The notes: generated by a model not told the origin, from the letters alone. A stretch of DNA of 64,000 nt from Synechococcus sp. (GCA_047285535.1 JBJBDC010000001.1:1120136-1184135), one strand, 5' to 3'; positions 29,260 to 39,892 are shown, counted from the first letter of the stretch. Numbers and translations: made by a program.

Positions 29260-30035
29260 GCGTTACCCCCCTAGATCTCAGTGTGGTCATTCCATGCCTC
29301 AATGAGGCAGCCCATCTTCCTCTTCTTCTAGCCGATCTCCAACGCTGGCCAACATCAATGGACATTACGGTTGTCGATGGCGGGAGCAGCGATCAAAGTC
29401 AGCTCATAACAGCTCTAGCTGGTGCCCGGTTAATCATCGAAGATTCACCTGGAAGAGGAAGGCAACTTGCCGCAGGGGCCAGACAAGCCACTGGTGATTG
29501 GCTTCTCTTTCTGCATGCTGACAGCCGTCTAGCCATTCAATGGGGGAACAGGGTGCTAAGTCGGATCACCAGTCCCGATGCAAAACGCTTCGCTTGGTTT
29601 TTTGACCTGCGCATTGCCCCAAGCACTCCGGCCCGATCCCTGCTCCAAAGAGGGATCGCTCTTCGCAGCCGTTGGTGCCAAAGTCCTTACGGCGATCAGG
29701 GACTTCTCCTGCATCGAACGCTCTATGAGAGAAGCGGCGGCTACGCATGCCTGCCATTAATGGAAGACCTAGACCTTGTGCAGCGCATCGGTCAACTAAC
29801 AAGATTGCAACCTCTTGAGCTGCCTCTTACGACCGATGGTCGTCGCTGGGACCACAAGGGTGTTGTGCGCTGTAGCTTTGAAAATGCAAAATTGCGACAG
29901 CGCTGGAGACGAGGCGAATCCCCAGCACAACTAGCAGCGGATTACTACCAGAGCCATCTCGAGTCCAATCAGTTGGAATACCAAAAACCACACCGATGGC
30001 CTTGGGGCTCTAAGTCCCAACCAAGTCGGTCATAG
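29256..30035 (+). CDS. TIGR04283 family GT2 glycosyltransferase
   Basis: Motifs SVVIPCLNE, VVDGGSSD, LLFLHADS, PYGDQGL and PLMEDLDL. ATGA-coupled to the upstream gene. Confidence 0.88.
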   Translation: MSVTPLDLSVVIPCLNEAAHLPLLLADLQRWPTSMDITVVDGGSSDQSQLITALAGARLIIEDSPGRGRQLAAGARQATGDWLLFLHADSRLAIQWGNRVLSRITSPDAKRFAWFFDLRIAPSTPARSLLQRGIALRSRWCQSPYGDQGLLLHRTLYERSGGYACLPLMEDLDLVQRIGQLTRLQPLELPLTTDGRRWDHKGVVRCSFENAKLRQRWRRGESPAQLAADYYQSHLESNQLEYQKPHRWPWGSKSQPSRS

Positions 30036-30472
30036 AAAGGCAAGACACCAGGATCTGCAAACAGCGTGGCACGCTCAGTTCCCATGTCTCGGAGAGCATC
30101 GAGGATGTAATCCATCAACTGCCGACCGAGTCCAGCGCCTTGATAGAGAGGGTGAACGGCTACATCCCAAATTGTGGCTTCAAGAACCCCGTCCCCCGTG
30201 CAGCGTGCGAAACCCACCAACCGCGGGATGCGTGGATCATGTCTCCAAAGTCCGACCCTCAGCAAGCTGTTGTCTAAAGCTTTTCGCACGCGACGGACGG
30301 GTCTACGAGTCCACCCCACAGCCTCTAACAGCTGTTCTAGTTCCACAAGATCCATGGGACGAGACTGACTAAAAACGAGGCTGAACTGCGTATTAGACGC
30401 TTCACAGATGCGAGCCTCATTCCCATAGGAATGAATCAAAAGCTCTTGGGTGAGAGAGGAGCTGCTGGTCAC
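29969..30472 (-). CDS. GNAT family N-acetyltransferase (Ycf52-like)
   Basis: Motifs LVGFARCTGDG, WDVAVHPLYQGAGLG and FADPGVLPFY. Confidence 0.9.
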   Translation of the reverse strand: MTSSSSLTQELLIHSYGNEARICEASNTQFSLVFSQSRPMDLVELEQLLEAVGWTRRPVRRVRKALDNSLLRVGLWRHDPRIPRLVGFARCTGDGVLEATIWDVAVHPLYQGAGLGRQLMDYILDALRDMGTERATLFADPGVLPFYDRLGWDLEPQGHRCGFWYSN

Positions 30473-30551
30473 CCTGGCCTGCGACGATGCCGTAATCCTG
30501 ACGCACCGATGACGTCTGATGTGCGGCTAATCGCAATACATGGGTGGATAC

Positions 30552-30921
30552 TCAACCCTTAAGCATGCGAACTGTTTCAACAGCGCTAGGCACGTCTTGA
30601 CACCAAAAACTCTCTGCATCTCTGAGCTTCCTGACTTTGGACTGGGGTCTCACCACACGAACTCCATTCCAAGTCGACATGTTACGGGCCATACATAAAT
30701 AGTTACACCCTTGCTGAATCAAGGTGCACTCATTGGTGGTAAGGGGCAATCGCTGGGTGCCATTTTGGCCTCAGACATTGGAGCCTGTCTGGTCCGATCA
30801 GCAAACTGGGGGCCATTCCATGATGAACAGCGTGCGGCGTTGGAGATTCCTTGGGACGTTGTTGAACAGCATTAACCGCAAAGTGTGAACACATGCCACT
30901 CTTGATCTCAGGCAAAAACAA
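30552..30921 (-). pseudogene. Possible frameshifted small hypothetical gene
   Basis: Two overlapping same-strand ORFs (30730-30921 and 30552-30749) in adjacent frames fill an otherwise empty gap. No family recognised. Confidence 0.3.
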
Positions 30922-31102
30922 AAAACCTATGACTCATAGCCATAACCAATGACAAGCGAAGAATAAAAACTCGATATATCCAACACTTTTCTAACGACGG
31001 AGACAAACATTGCCTTAGAAGAGGTAAACACAGAGGAAATTTCGGAATGCAGAATTGTTGTCATGATTTTCTTGCGCAAACCATTGATCATTTTCAGATA
31101 GA

Positions 31103-32923
31103 TCAAAGCCTGGCAAGTCCTCGTTCCTGAAGATCTGCGAGCTCGGCATACAACCCCCCGCTAGCTCTCAACTGAAGATGGGTGCCCTGTTCGATGAGGG
31201 AGCCGCGACGAAGAACCAGTATGCGATCAGCAGCCTCAACGGTAGCCAGACGGTGTGCGATCACCACTGCAGTTCGGCGTTTAAGGAGGCGATCTAAATC
31301 CCGCTGCAAAGTAGCCTCCGTTGAAGGATCCATAAAGGCTGTGGCTTCATCCATGACTAGAACCGTTGGGTTGCGAATCGCCACCCTGGCCACGGCAAGA
31401 AGTTGTCTTTCACCTGAGCTGAGATTTCCGCCGCGTTCCCTCAGTTCGGTTGCCAAGCCTTCCGGCAAACGGGTTAGCAGAGGATCGAGGCCGATGTCAC
31501 GACACACCTCCTTTAGTTGCTGATCGTCCAGTGGCTGATCCAAACGCAAATTATCAGCAACAGTGCCACTAAACAGGAACGTGTCCTGAAGGACGACTCC
31601 CAGCTGACGACGCAATACCGGCAGAGGCAAGCTACGAATGTCCTGGCCATCGAGCAAAATTCGCCCTCTCTGAGGCTCGTACAAACGACAAAGCAAACGA
31701 ATCACTGTGGTCTTGCCAGAACCAGTCGGCCCCACGAGCGCAACATGCTCACCCGGTGCGATGCGAAAACTGAGATCACGAAGAATTGGCTCATCCTGAC
31801 GATATGAAAAATCAACACCATCAAAAATCACCTCACCAAGGGTTGGTGAGGAGGCAGCGCTTGGTAGAGGTGTGGAGCCAATCAAGGAGCCTGGATCATG
31901 ATCAACGATCTCCAAAGGCTCCTCGAGTAGCTCACCGATCCGCTCCACAGCCGTCAGCCCTCCTTGGATCTGAGTGAACCTCTCAGCCATTTGACGCAGA
32001 GGATCAAACAATCGCTGTGAATAGAGAATGAAGGTCGTGAGTGTGCCAAGGCCCATGGCTCCGGCCGTGACCATCCACCCTCCGAGGGCAAGAACAAGCG
32101 CGACAGCACCTAATGCGACCCATTCCAGAAATGCAGAGATGCTGCTGTCAAAAAAGATCGTGCCATTCACTGCACTGCGATAGGCCAGACCGGTCAACTG
32201 AAAACGGTGACCATTCACTGCCTCACGCCGAAACATCTGAACAACTTCCAGCCCCTGAAGGTTTTCCTGAAAATCAGCATTGAGCTGCGAAAGCTCCTCT
32301 CTCACTCGATAGTTTGCCTTGCGGTAGCGCCTCTGAAGCCAAATAATCACAAGGGTGACAGGAACCTGTGTGACCAGTAACAGCAAACCCAATCGCCATT
32401 CGATTAACAGCATGGAGACTGCGATGACCAAAAGGCTGACGAGATCACCAAGTACTCCAACAGCACCACTCGCAAAGACTTCGGCTAATGCATCCACATC
32501 GCTGGTGAGGCGGGTGAGGAGTTTGCCAACTGGCATGCGGTCATGAAACCGCAGAGACAAACGCATCGCATGGGCAAACAAGTCTTTGCGAATTCGTGCT
32601 GTAAGCCTCTGACCTACGGCCTGAATATTGAACGTTTGGAACCCCTGCAGAGCCAAACGAAGCAGGACGGAACCAAGCAAAACGAGAATGATCAGCCTGA
32701 TCGCCACAGCGCTGTCAAGATCTTGAAAGAGGGGAATCACCGATTCATTGGCGGCACCCCCTAAACGCCGAAGAACAGCGATCGCCTGACCAACCAAGAG
32801 TGGCTGAATAGCGCCGGCAAGAGCCACAGGGATGAGCAGAATCAACGTAAGAGAAAGTCTTCGTCGATCTCGACCTAAATATCGCCCGAGCCGACTCACT
32901 CGCTGAAAATCTGATCCAGCCAT
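31103..32923 (-). CDS. ABC exporter, fused permease/ATP-binding (MsbA/MdlB-like)
   Basis: TM domain followed by GPTGSGKTT, LSSGERQ, VMDEAT and IAHRL. Confidence 0.95.
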   Translation of the reverse strand: MAGSDFQRVSRLGRYLGRDRRRLSLTLILLIPVALAGAIQPLLVGQAIAVLRRLGGAANESVIPLFQDLDSAVAIRLIILVLLGSVLLRLALQGFQTFNIQAVGQRLTARIRKDLFAHAMRLSLRFHDRMPVGKLLTRLTSDVDALAEVFASGAVGVLGDLVSLLVIAVSMLLIEWRLGLLLLVTQVPVTLVIIWLQRRYRKANYRVREELSQLNADFQENLQGLEVVQMFRREAVNGHRFQLTGLAYRSAVNGTIFFDSSISAFLEWVALGAVALVLALGGWMVTAGAMGLGTLTTFILYSQRLFDPLRQMAERFTQIQGGLTAVERIGELLEEPLEIVDHDPGSLIGSTPLPSAASSPTLGEVIFDGVDFSYRQDEPILRDLSFRIAPGEHVALVGPTGSGKTTVIRLLCRLYEPQRGRILLDGQDIRSLPLPVLRRQLGVVLQDTFLFSGTVADNLRLDQPLDDQQLKEVCRDIGLDPLLTRLPEGLATELRERGGNLSSGERQLLAVARVAIRNPTVLVMDEATAFMDPSTEATLQRDLDRLLKRRTAVVIAHRLATVEAADRILVLRRGSLIEQGTHLQLRASGGLYAELADLQERGLARL

Positions 32924-33576
32924 CAGCTGGTCACCTTGGGAGCTGGCGTTGTAGACCTCATGGATTCAACAATCAAACGCAGATCACCTTGATCAAGACG
33001 CAATGAAAGAGGATGTCCCACAAGGCGAGCCGTGGTGTGGAACAAATCTTCGATCGCGACAAGCCCGTTATCGCGGAGTGTCCTGCCTGTGGCTACGAGA
33101 TCAACAATCGCTTCCGCGATGCCAGTGATCGGTCCAAGCTCAACTGAACCGGTGAGATGCACAAGTTCGACAGGCAAATCGATGGCATCGAAGTGATCGC
33201 GTGCGCAACGGGTGAATTTGCTCGCAACGCGACAATGAGGTGGGAGGTCCGTCGCCCGCTGATAACCGCTGCTCGCTTTCACCGCAACGGCCATTCGACA
33301 ACCACCAAAACCTAGGTCAACCAACTGAGCGACAGGCATCTGGTGCTCTCGCAAGACGTCGTAGCCCACAACTCCCAGCTGTGCCTGCCCATACGCCACA
33401 TAAACCGGCACGTCTCCATTTCTCACAAGCAAAGCTCGAGCGCGTCCACACGCCGATGGAACCATCAGCTGCCTGTTATCAGGGTCGAGCACTGCAGAAA
33501 AATCGAGCCCTGCAGCAGCAAAACGGGCCACTGAATCCTTGAGAAGCGCTCCCTTGGCTAGGGCAACAGTGATCAT
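32923..33576 (-). CDS. hisG: ATP phosphoribosyltransferase (short form)
   Basis: Motifs [23 protein letters not shown] and [11 protein letters not shown]; 217 aa. Confidence 0.96.
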   Translation of the reverse strand: MITVALAKGALLKDSVARFAAAGLDFSAVLDPDNRQLMVPSACGRARALLVRNGDVPVYVAYGQAQLGVVGYDVLREHQMPVAQLVDLGFGGCRMAVAVKASSGYQRATDLPPHCRVASKFTRCARDHFDAIDLPVELVHLTGSVELGPITGIAEAIVDLVATGRTLRDNGLVAIEDLFHTTARLVGHPLSLRLDQGDLRLIVESMRSTTPAPKVTS

Positions 33577-33602
33577 GGAATGAAGCGTTCTCTAGAACTT
33601 TA

Positions 33603-34370
33603 ATGAAGGCGATGGCCTCCTTGATTGATGGCATCCACCCAGTTGCAGTCTTAAACGACAACATCGTCTGGGTTTGGGTGAACGGTGATCAGGCCGTGGT
33701 TGTGGATCCTGCAGTAGCTGAACCCGTCATCGACTGGCTTAACAAACGGAGACTTCAGTTAGTCGCCGTGCTTCAGACCCATCATCATGCGGACCATATC
33801 GGCGGCACACCTGAACTACTTCAACAATGGAAGACAGCGGCAGTGGTGGCGGCCGCAGATGACATCAAGCGCATCCCTTTTCAGACGGTCTCGGTTCGAG
33901 ATGGTGACGAAATCGAGCTTCTCGAAAAGCCCGTCAGGGTGATGGATGTGCGCGCCCATACGCGTGCTCATATCGCCTTCTGGTTGCCAAAAGGCGTTGG
34001 ATCAAACAATCCAACAAGTGTGATCTTCTGCGGGGACACCATGTTTAGCGGTGGATGTGGACGACTCTTCGAAGGAACCCCAGCCGACATGCACCGCGCC
34101 TTGCAAAAACTTGGATCACTCCCGTCAGAGACCCTGGTCTACTGCGCTCATGAGTACACAGAGGGGAATCTACGCTGGGCCGCTCAACAGATTCCTAACG
34201 ATGCCCTCATCCAGACACGGCTGAATGAGGTTCGAGCAAAACGACAATCAGGTTGTCTAACCCTCCCAACGAGCATTGCCGAGGAGTGGCGTTCCAATTT
34301 GTTTTTAAGAGCAACTAGCTGTGAACAATTAGCACGTCTTCGTCAACATAAAGACAGCTGGAATGGTTAA
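33603..34370 (+). CDS. gloB: Hydroxyacylglutathione hydrolase (glyoxalase II)
   Basis: Motifs [33 protein letters not shown] and CAHEYT. Confidence 0.95.
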   Translation: MKAMASLIDGIHPVAVLNDNIVWVWVNGDQAVVVDPAVAEPVIDWLNKRRLQLVAVLQTHHHADHIGGTPELLQQWKTAAVVAAADDIKRIPFQTVSVRDGDEIELLEKPVRVMDVRAHTRAHIAFWLPKGVGSNNPTSVIFCGDTMFSGGCGRLFEGTPADMHRALQKLGSLPSETLVYCAHEYTEGNLRWAAQQIPNDALIQTRLNEVRAKRQSGCLTLPTSIAEEWRSNLFLRATSCEQLARLRQHKDSWNG

Positions 34371-34374
34371 TCCG

Positions 34375-35496
34375 TCAACCCAAAACAGAAAGCGAAAGAC
34401 AATGGGGGTGAAGTAGCACAATGCTGCCTGATTGCAAAGAGAGCCTGCAGCGCAATCCCCTCGGATGGTCCTCATCAAGCGGCCTAATCAACCGCAACTG
34501 CTGATCTCCAAGGCGAAGGCGATAGAGCCAAGAGCGCCCCAGAAACTCTCGACCAATCACAAAGGCATCACCCGAACTATCGGGTGTCAAATTGATCAAA
34601 CAAGGATCCACTAAGACTGTGGCGTCATCAGGGAGCTCCATTGAGTGATGACCTTCGGGAATCTTCAGATCACCGAGTAAACAGGCCAACGACTCGGTGT
34701 TCCCCCCCCGCCAGACGGGCAGAACATTGCGTTGGAGAACGAAGTGACCAACAAAGGGGGTCGCAGGTGTCTCTACAAGCTCACAGGGAGCAGCGCATTG
34801 GTGAAGATGACCATCACGCAGAATCGCAACGCGCCCACAGATAGCAAGAGCCTCCTCAGGGTCATGCGTCACAAGCAAACCACTCGCTCCACAGGCACTG
34901 AGGACTTCAGGAAGCTCACTGCGAAGCCGTAAACGGACTTCAACATCAAGGTTGGAAAAAGGCTCATCCAACAAAAGGACGGAAGGAGCAGGCGCTAGTG
35001 CTCTAGCAAGTGCCAGACGCTGCCGTTGCCCTCCCGACAATTCATGCGGATAACGTCCCCTCAGGGATGACAGCCCTAACAAATCAAGCAACCAAGAGGC
35101 TCTGCTGGTGTCCTGACCACGACGCAGTCCGAAACAGGTGTTCTCCCAGGCGTTGAGATGAGGGAACAAGGCATAGTCTTGAAAGACCATGCCAACTCCT
35201 CGGCGCTCTGGTGCAAGGCTCTGACTAGATGTTGCGACTTCATTCCCATGAAGTCTCACCACGCCTCGGCTGGGAACTTCAAAGCCAGCAATGATTCGCA
35301 AAAGTGTGGTTTTTCCGCACCCGGATGGTCCAAGGAGACCTACCAACTCACCAGCCTGCAATTGAAGAGTGATGTCTTTCAAGGTCCATTCATTCTCAGC
35401 TTCGCCATAGCGATGCCAGATGCGCTCAAGTTCTACTGGCCAAGAGTCAATCAAAATGGACTGCGAAAAATCAGTTTCATTCTGAGTCTTAATCAT
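34375..35496 (-). CDS. futC: Fe3+ ABC transporter ATP-binding protein (start uncertain)
   Basis: Motifs GPSGCGKTT, GMVFQDYALFPHL, LSGGQRQR and LLDEPFSNLD; FbpC/FutC-like. Confidence 0.8.
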   Translation of the reverse strand: MIKTQNETDFSQSILIDSWPVELERIWHRYGEAENEWTLKDITLQLQAGELVGLLGPSGCGKTTLLRIIAGFEVPSRGVVRLHGNEVATSSQSLAPERRGVGMVFQDYALFPHLNAWENTCFGLRRGQDTSRASWLLDLLGLSSLRGRYPHELSGGQRQRLALARALAPAPSVLLLDEPFSNLDVEVRLRLRSELPEVLSACGASGLLVTHDPEEALAICGRVAILRDGHLHQCAAPCELVETPATPFVGHFVLQRNVLPVWRGGNTESLACLLGDLKIPEGHHSMELPDDATVLVDPCLINLTPDSSGDAFVIGREFLGRSWLYRLRLGDQQLRLIRPLDEDHPRGLRCRLSLQSGSIVLLHPHCLSLSVLG

Positions 35497-35893
35497 GGCT
35501 ACCACTCCAATTCAGGCTGTCGTGACCCAAGATGCACCAGCACCAGTGGGTCCCTATAACCAAGCTGTGATCGCAGATGGTTGGCTGTATTGCTCCGGAC
35601 AAATTCCTCTTGATCCAGCCACTGGTGAGATGGTTGGGGAAGGAAACGTGGAAGCTGAAACTCGACAAGTGCTTCAAAATATTAAGGCTGTGCTTTTGAA
35701 AGCAGGCGCAGATCCAAGCAAGGTCGTGCGCACAACCGTGTACCTGGTTGATCTGAATGACTTTCAAGCCATGAATGCAATTTATGATGAGGTTTTTGGG
35801 AATGGGATCAGCCCTGCCAGAGCCTGCGTTCAGGTTGCAGCTTTACCGAAAGGATCGCAAGTAGAAATTGATTGCATTGCCTGTCTCAACTGA
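35495..35893 (+). CDS. ridA: RidA/YjgF family enamine deaminase
   Basis: Motifs APVGPYNQA, SGQIPLDP, PARACVQVAALP and VEIDCIA. Confidence 0.93.
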   Translation: MATTPIQAVVTQDAPAPVGPYNQAVIADGWLYCSGQIPLDPATGEMVGEGNVEAETRQVLQNIKAVLLKAGADPSKVVRTTVYLVDLNDFQAMNAIYDEVFGNGISPARACVQVAALPKGSQVEIDCIACLN

Positions 35894-35968
35894 CAATTGA
35901 AATCTGTCTACAAAGGGAGGCGGGGGGTGCGCACGGTTTCTTAGGTTGAGACAACGCTGAGAATCCTC

Positions 35969-36193
35969 ATGGCCCAAACCAAGCTGACCATTGGTGAACT
36001 TGAGGCGGGTTACCCCCTTTACTGCAAAGCCTTACGCAGGCTTCTCAAAGAAGGCAGAAGCCTGAAAGACATCGAAAGAACAGTGTGCTGGGGACACCTA
36101 GAAACGCTCAATCGTTGCTTACCTGGCCGTTACAAAGCACCGTCCTATCTCATGGCTTTAATTCGAAGGGATCTGGAGCAACCGAAGCAGTAA
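35969..36193 (+). CDS. DUF3136 family protein
   Basis: LTIGELEAGYPLYCKALR...RTVCW; the small picocyanobacterial protein usually found beside cbbX. Confidence 0.85.
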   Translation: MAQTKLTIGELEAGYPLYCKALRRLLKEGRSLKDIERTVCWGHLETLNRCLPGRYKAPSYLMALIRRDLEQPKQ

Positions 36194-36198
36194 AAGGC

Positions 36199-37122
36199 TT
36201 ACAAAGCATCCATAAGTGTTGTCAGAGGTAGAGAAGGATCACGCCCCTCGATCTCACCCTGAAACACACGACTCGCCAACACATCCTCTGCTTCGATAGT
36301 GGTGAGATCACTTCGATTGAGAGGTTGATCCATGCGAGAAAACAACCGATTGGCCTGACGAAGCCTCAGACGATCAAGTGCATTGCGAATCGAACGGGCG
36401 TTGGCAAAGAAAGGCAACTGACGTCGCCTATTGATATAGCGTGCAAAGGCAGCATGAGCTGATTCACTAAAGTGGTATTCCTGCTGATTGAGTAAGAGTT
36501 GAGCAATCTTCATGAGCTCATCTTCGCTGTAATCAGGAAAATCGATATGGTGCGCCACTCGCGAGGAAAGGCCAGGATTGGCTTCGTAAAAACTAGCCAT
36601 TCGATCCTTATATCCAGCAAAGATCACCACAAAATTTGCACGTTGCTTCTCCATGTCCTGCAAAAGAATTTCAATTGCTTCAGCACCGTAATCGCGCTCA
36701 TTATCTGATTTATAGAGATAGTACGCTTCGTCAATAAAAAGTACGCCACCCTGGGCTCGCTTAATCATCTCCTTAGTTTTTGGGGCTGTATGTCCAACAT
36801 ATTGACCAACAAGATCGTCACGCGTTACGGAGATAACATGACCTTTGCGCAAATAGCCAAGGCGGTGAAGAATCTGTGAAATTCTTATGGCGACTGTAGT
36901 TTTTCCTGTCCCAGGCCTCCCTGTAAATGACATGTGCAAACCAGGCACGGTACTTTGCAAATCCATCTGCTCACGCGCCCGATCGACCAATAACAGAGCA
37001 ACAATTTCACGGATACGGGTCTTCACAGGCCTAAGACCTACCAACTCCTTGTCAAGCTGATGCAGCACCTCCTCCAAACCTGAATCGGCATAGGCAGCCG
37101 CCAGATCAACAGAAGAGAGCAT
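36199..37122 (-). CDS. cbbX: CbbX AAA+ ATPase (RuBisCO activase-like)
   Basis: Motifs [37 protein letters not shown] and FANARSIRN. Confidence 0.96.
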   Translation of the reverse strand: MLSSVDLAAAYADSGLEEVLHQLDKELVGLRPVKTRIREIVALLLVDRAREQMDLQSTVPGLHMSFTGRPGTGKTTVAIRISQILHRLGYLRKGHVISVTRDDLVGQYVGHTAPKTKEMIKRAQGGVLFIDEAYYLYKSDNERDYGAEAIEILLQDMEKQRANFVVIFAGYKDRMASFYEANPGLSSRVAHHIDFPDYSEDELMKIAQLLLNQQEYHFSESAHAAFARYINRRRQLPFFANARSIRNALDRLRLRQANRLFSRMDQPLNRSDLTTIEAEDVLASRVFQGEIEGRDPSLPLTTLMDAL

Positions 37123-37357
37123 CGATCTCAGCCGCAGCGCGACGATCGTTCATACTCAGCTTGCCATCCACACTCTCGTCTTCAGGACGAAGCGTGATAT
37201 TTACATAGGTACGACCAAAACTGATGTCTGGAAATCGCTGTGTAGCCTCGCTGTAATCTCCAAGACGGTCAAGGAAATTACGCGTTGCACTGTAGCTGTC
37301 AAACTCAAAGCGACGCTCAAGACAGACTGGGCGCTTGCGCTCATGCCATTGGTCCAT
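37106..37357 (-). CDS. Pterin dehydratase-like alpha-carboxysome RuBisCO assembly factor (acRAF/PCD-like)
   Basis: [16 protein letters not shown]...[15 protein letters not shown]; lies immediately upstream of cbbX. Confidence 0.85.
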   Translation of the reverse strand: MDQWHERKRPVCLERRFEFDSYSATRNFLDRLGDYSEATQRFPDISFGRTYVNITLRPEDESVDGKLSMNDRRAAAEIDALFC

Positions 37358-37620
37358 AAAACCATTCTTAGGGTTAGCTTCAAACCTAGTAGAAAAACAC
37401 CCTAAACCTATTAAGGGAACATCAATATGCAATCAAAGACAAAAAGAAGAGCATGAACAAACAATCAGCAGACAAAGCAGGGCAAACAACAGATCAAAAG
37501 CCACATCCGTTCAAACTACAAACAAAGAAATAAAAGGCCATAATCTGACCTAAAGTTAAAAACAGGATCTGAAGAGAAGCACGAACAACCGAGACATCAC
37601 AGAAAGGCCAGGAACCTCAC

Positions 37621-37642
37621 CAAACACAAACAAACAAACAAA
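37621..37642. repeat. (CAAA)n simple repeat in an A-rich tract
   Basis: Sequence caaacacaaacaaacaaacaaa. Confidence 0.6.
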
Positions 37643-37750
37643 TCACTTGACAAACAAAAGGCAAAACAGATACGCCGCAACGACAATTTTGATACGAAAT
37701 ACTTTAGCGAAGACAACAAGAATATCACAAGACAAATCTAGAGTAAAAAC

Positions 37751-38053
37751 ATGGAAAACTTTAAATTATTTCAACGGTCACTAGAAAGTAGTCATCGAAG
37801 AGATGACACCAATCAAATAATCAAAGAAGAATCGATTAAACTGGAAGGAGCCATATCAGAACTAAGCCATGCAAGCACAGTACTTGCGGGCCTAATGGAT
37901 ATTGTAGATGATGATAATTGTAAATCCTGGTTGGTATTTCTTGACGACGCAAGAGCGTCAACCATTGCAGCCTACAACACTATTAATACGGCCAACAATG
38001 AACTCATAAACAAGGACGGGTACCAAAAACATTCCAACTCCAACTGCTACTAA
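37751..38053 (+). CDS. Hypothetical protein (AT-rich insert)
   Basis: 100 aa ATG ORF that stays open in stop-rich AT DNA; helical/coiled-coil character. No family recognised. Confidence 0.5.
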   Translation: MENFKLFQRSLESSHRRDDTNQIIKEESIKLEGAISELSHASTVLAGLMDIVDDDNCKSWLVFLDDARASTIAAYNTINTANNELINKDGYQKHSNSNCY

Positions 38054-38083
38054 AGCAATCAAAAAAGATACTCGATCAAAACA

Positions 38084-38272
38084 ATGAAAGCCACCCAGAA
38101 CGAATTACTAGAGTCATTCATCGAAACGATTGAATCCAGTCAAGTGAAGAGAGAACGTTGGCTCAAGAAAGTTGGTCAATTTGGACTAGACCAAACGCTT
38201 GGAGAATACAGCGATCTAATGCAAACAAGCGGACGCAGAGAGTCAAATGATCAGCAGTTCGGAAATCAATGA
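38084..38272 (+). CDS. Small hypothetical protein (AT-rich insert)
   Basis: 62 aa ATG ORF co-oriented with, and directly upstream of, the flavodoxin gene. Confidence 0.45.
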   Translation: MKATQNELLESFIETIESSQVKRERWLKKVGQFGLDQTLGEYSDLMQTSGRRESNDQQFGNQ

Positions 38273-38367
38273 AACATTCAAAGTACAAAAATAAACAGTA
38301 GCATTGGCACAGATGGACAAAGAGAAAGGACCTAATGAAAGAAAATATATATGTAATTGCTCAAAGT

Positions 38368-38877
38368 ATGGCTTACACAATTTTTTTCGCAACCTCAACA
38401 GGAAAGACTGAGGATGTTGCCGACAAACTCAAAGAACTGATGCCTGGCACTGAAACGAAAGATGTTGATAACATCAGTTCAGCCTCAGAATTGGCAGAAG
38501 CGGAAGCTTTAATTTGCTGTGTTCCAACATGGAATACGGGGGCAGACGAAGGTCGATCAGGAACGGCATGGGATACTTATGCCGAAGAAATACCAAGTAT
38601 GGATTTCAGTGGGAAAACGGTGGGAATCGTGGGACTAGGAGATTCATCATCTTATTCCGATTATTTCTGTGATGCAATGGAAGAATTATACACGGCATTC
38701 CTTCAGGCAGGTGCAAAGATCATTGGCAAAGTTCCTACAGATGGTTACACGTTTGAAGATTCAAAAAGTGTGATCGACGGAAAGTTTTGCGGGTTGGCAA
38801 TTGATGAAGACAATGAATCCGAGTTGACAGATGAAAGACTAAGTAATTGGGTTAAACAAATAGGGACAGAAGCATAA
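38368..38877 (+). CDS. isiB: Long-chain flavodoxin
   Basis: FMN-binding motifs FATSTGKTE, PTWNTG, GLGDSSSYSDYFCDA and GLAIDEDNE. Confidence 0.93.
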   Translation: MAYTIFFATSTGKTEDVADKLKELMPGTETKDVDNISSASELAEAEALICCVPTWNTGADEGRSGTAWDTYAEEIPSMDFSGKTVGIVGLGDSSSYSDYFCDAMEELYTAFLQAGAKIIGKVPTDGYTFEDSKSVIDGKFCGLAIDEDNESELTDERLSNWVKQIGTEA

Positions 38878-38940
38878 ATAAATAATTGTTATGCCGAAGC
38901 GCCCTTTCGTTTTGGGCACTTCGGCATAACAATTATTTAT
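38878..38940. terminator. Long inverted repeat, probable bidirectional terminator
   Basis: Arms ATAAATAATTGTTATGCCGAAGCGCCC and GGGCACTTCGGCATAACAATTATTTAT (27 bp, one mismatch) with a 9 nt loop, between the convergent flavodoxin and TrxR genes. Confidence 0.8.
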
Positions 38941-39892
38941 GGACCCAATCGACACGAACTTCATTCCTTGAATTTAAAAATTTATCAATTGACATGGCGG
39001 CAATGCAACCATCAGAGCAGGCAACAATAGCCTGCTTGAAGGGTGTATTACGGATATCTCCAATAGCCCAAACACCTGGAATGGTCGTCATCATATTCTC
39101 ATCTACATCAACACCACCATCCTCACGAAGTGGGATAAGACCATGAAGATAGTCGGTAATCGGCAATGTACCAGTAGAGTATAAAAAGACACCAGAAACG
39201 TTCAATGAAAATGTTTTTTTGTCTTTAATAGCTTGAAGCTTTGTCGAATGGATCCCATCTTCAGCCCCATCTATAGATAATAGCTTCGTACGTTGCCATT
39301 GTTTCACATTAGGTAGTTCCGTTAACAACTCGATTCGATGCGTAGAACGACTGGGCTTAGCACTAGTGATCCAATGCACAGTTTTTGCAAATTTAGCTAG
39401 AACAAGAGCTTCATCAACCGCTTCTTGATTGGAGCCATAAACGAGAACATCCTCATTTCGATAAAAAGCAGCATCACATGTAGCACAGTAACTAACTCCT
39501 CGACCTAGAAATTCCTTCTCTCCTGGTAGTGTCGATGTTCGCCCCATAGCACCAGTAGCTAAAACAATCGTACGGGAACGAAATACTCCTTCTGGTGTAT
39601 ATGCAAGTTTTAATTCACCAGATAAATCGAGACTAAACACTTGAGCACGCACATAGTTTGTACCATAAGAGATTGCCTGGTCTCTCATCATTTCAAGCAA
39701 AGTAAAACCCGATACCTCCTTAGAAACACCTGGATAGTTAGCAATTTTATGAGTAATTGCTAGAGCGCCTACGGAAGAATTCTTATCTAAAATATAGGTC
39801 TTTAGAGATGACCTAGATGTATAGAGTGCACACGAGCAACCCGCAGGACCTCCACCAATGATCAGAACATCCGCATCAATATAATCTGTCAT
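38933..39892 (-). CDS. Thioredoxin reductase-like flavoprotein (ferredoxin-dependent FFTR/DTR type)
   Basis: FAD motif IIGGGPAG and active site GVSYCATCD. NADPH motifs are degenerate (YGSNQEA; no HRR). C-terminal VDWVHK. Confidence 0.85.
   Translation of the reverse strand: MTDYIDADVLIIGGGPAGCSCALYTSRSSLKTYILDKNSSVGALAITHKIANYPGVSKEVSGFTLLEMMRDQAISYGTNYVRAQVFSLDLSGELKLAYTPEGVFRSRTIVLATGAMGRTSTLPGEKEFLGRGVSYCATCDAAFYRNEDVLVYGSNQEAVDEALVLAKFAKTVHWITSAKPSRSTHRIELLTELPNVKQWQRTKLLSIDGAEDGIHSTKLQAIKDKKTFSLNVSGVFLYSTGTLPITDYLHGLIPLREDGGVDVDENMMTTIPGVWAIGDIRNTPFKQAIVACSDGCIAAMSIDKFLNSRNEVRVDWVHK

Noticed and set aside
36199..37122. CbbX (red-type activase) next to a form IA RuBisCO
   Set aside because: Already a known feature of alpha-cyanobacterial cso loci.
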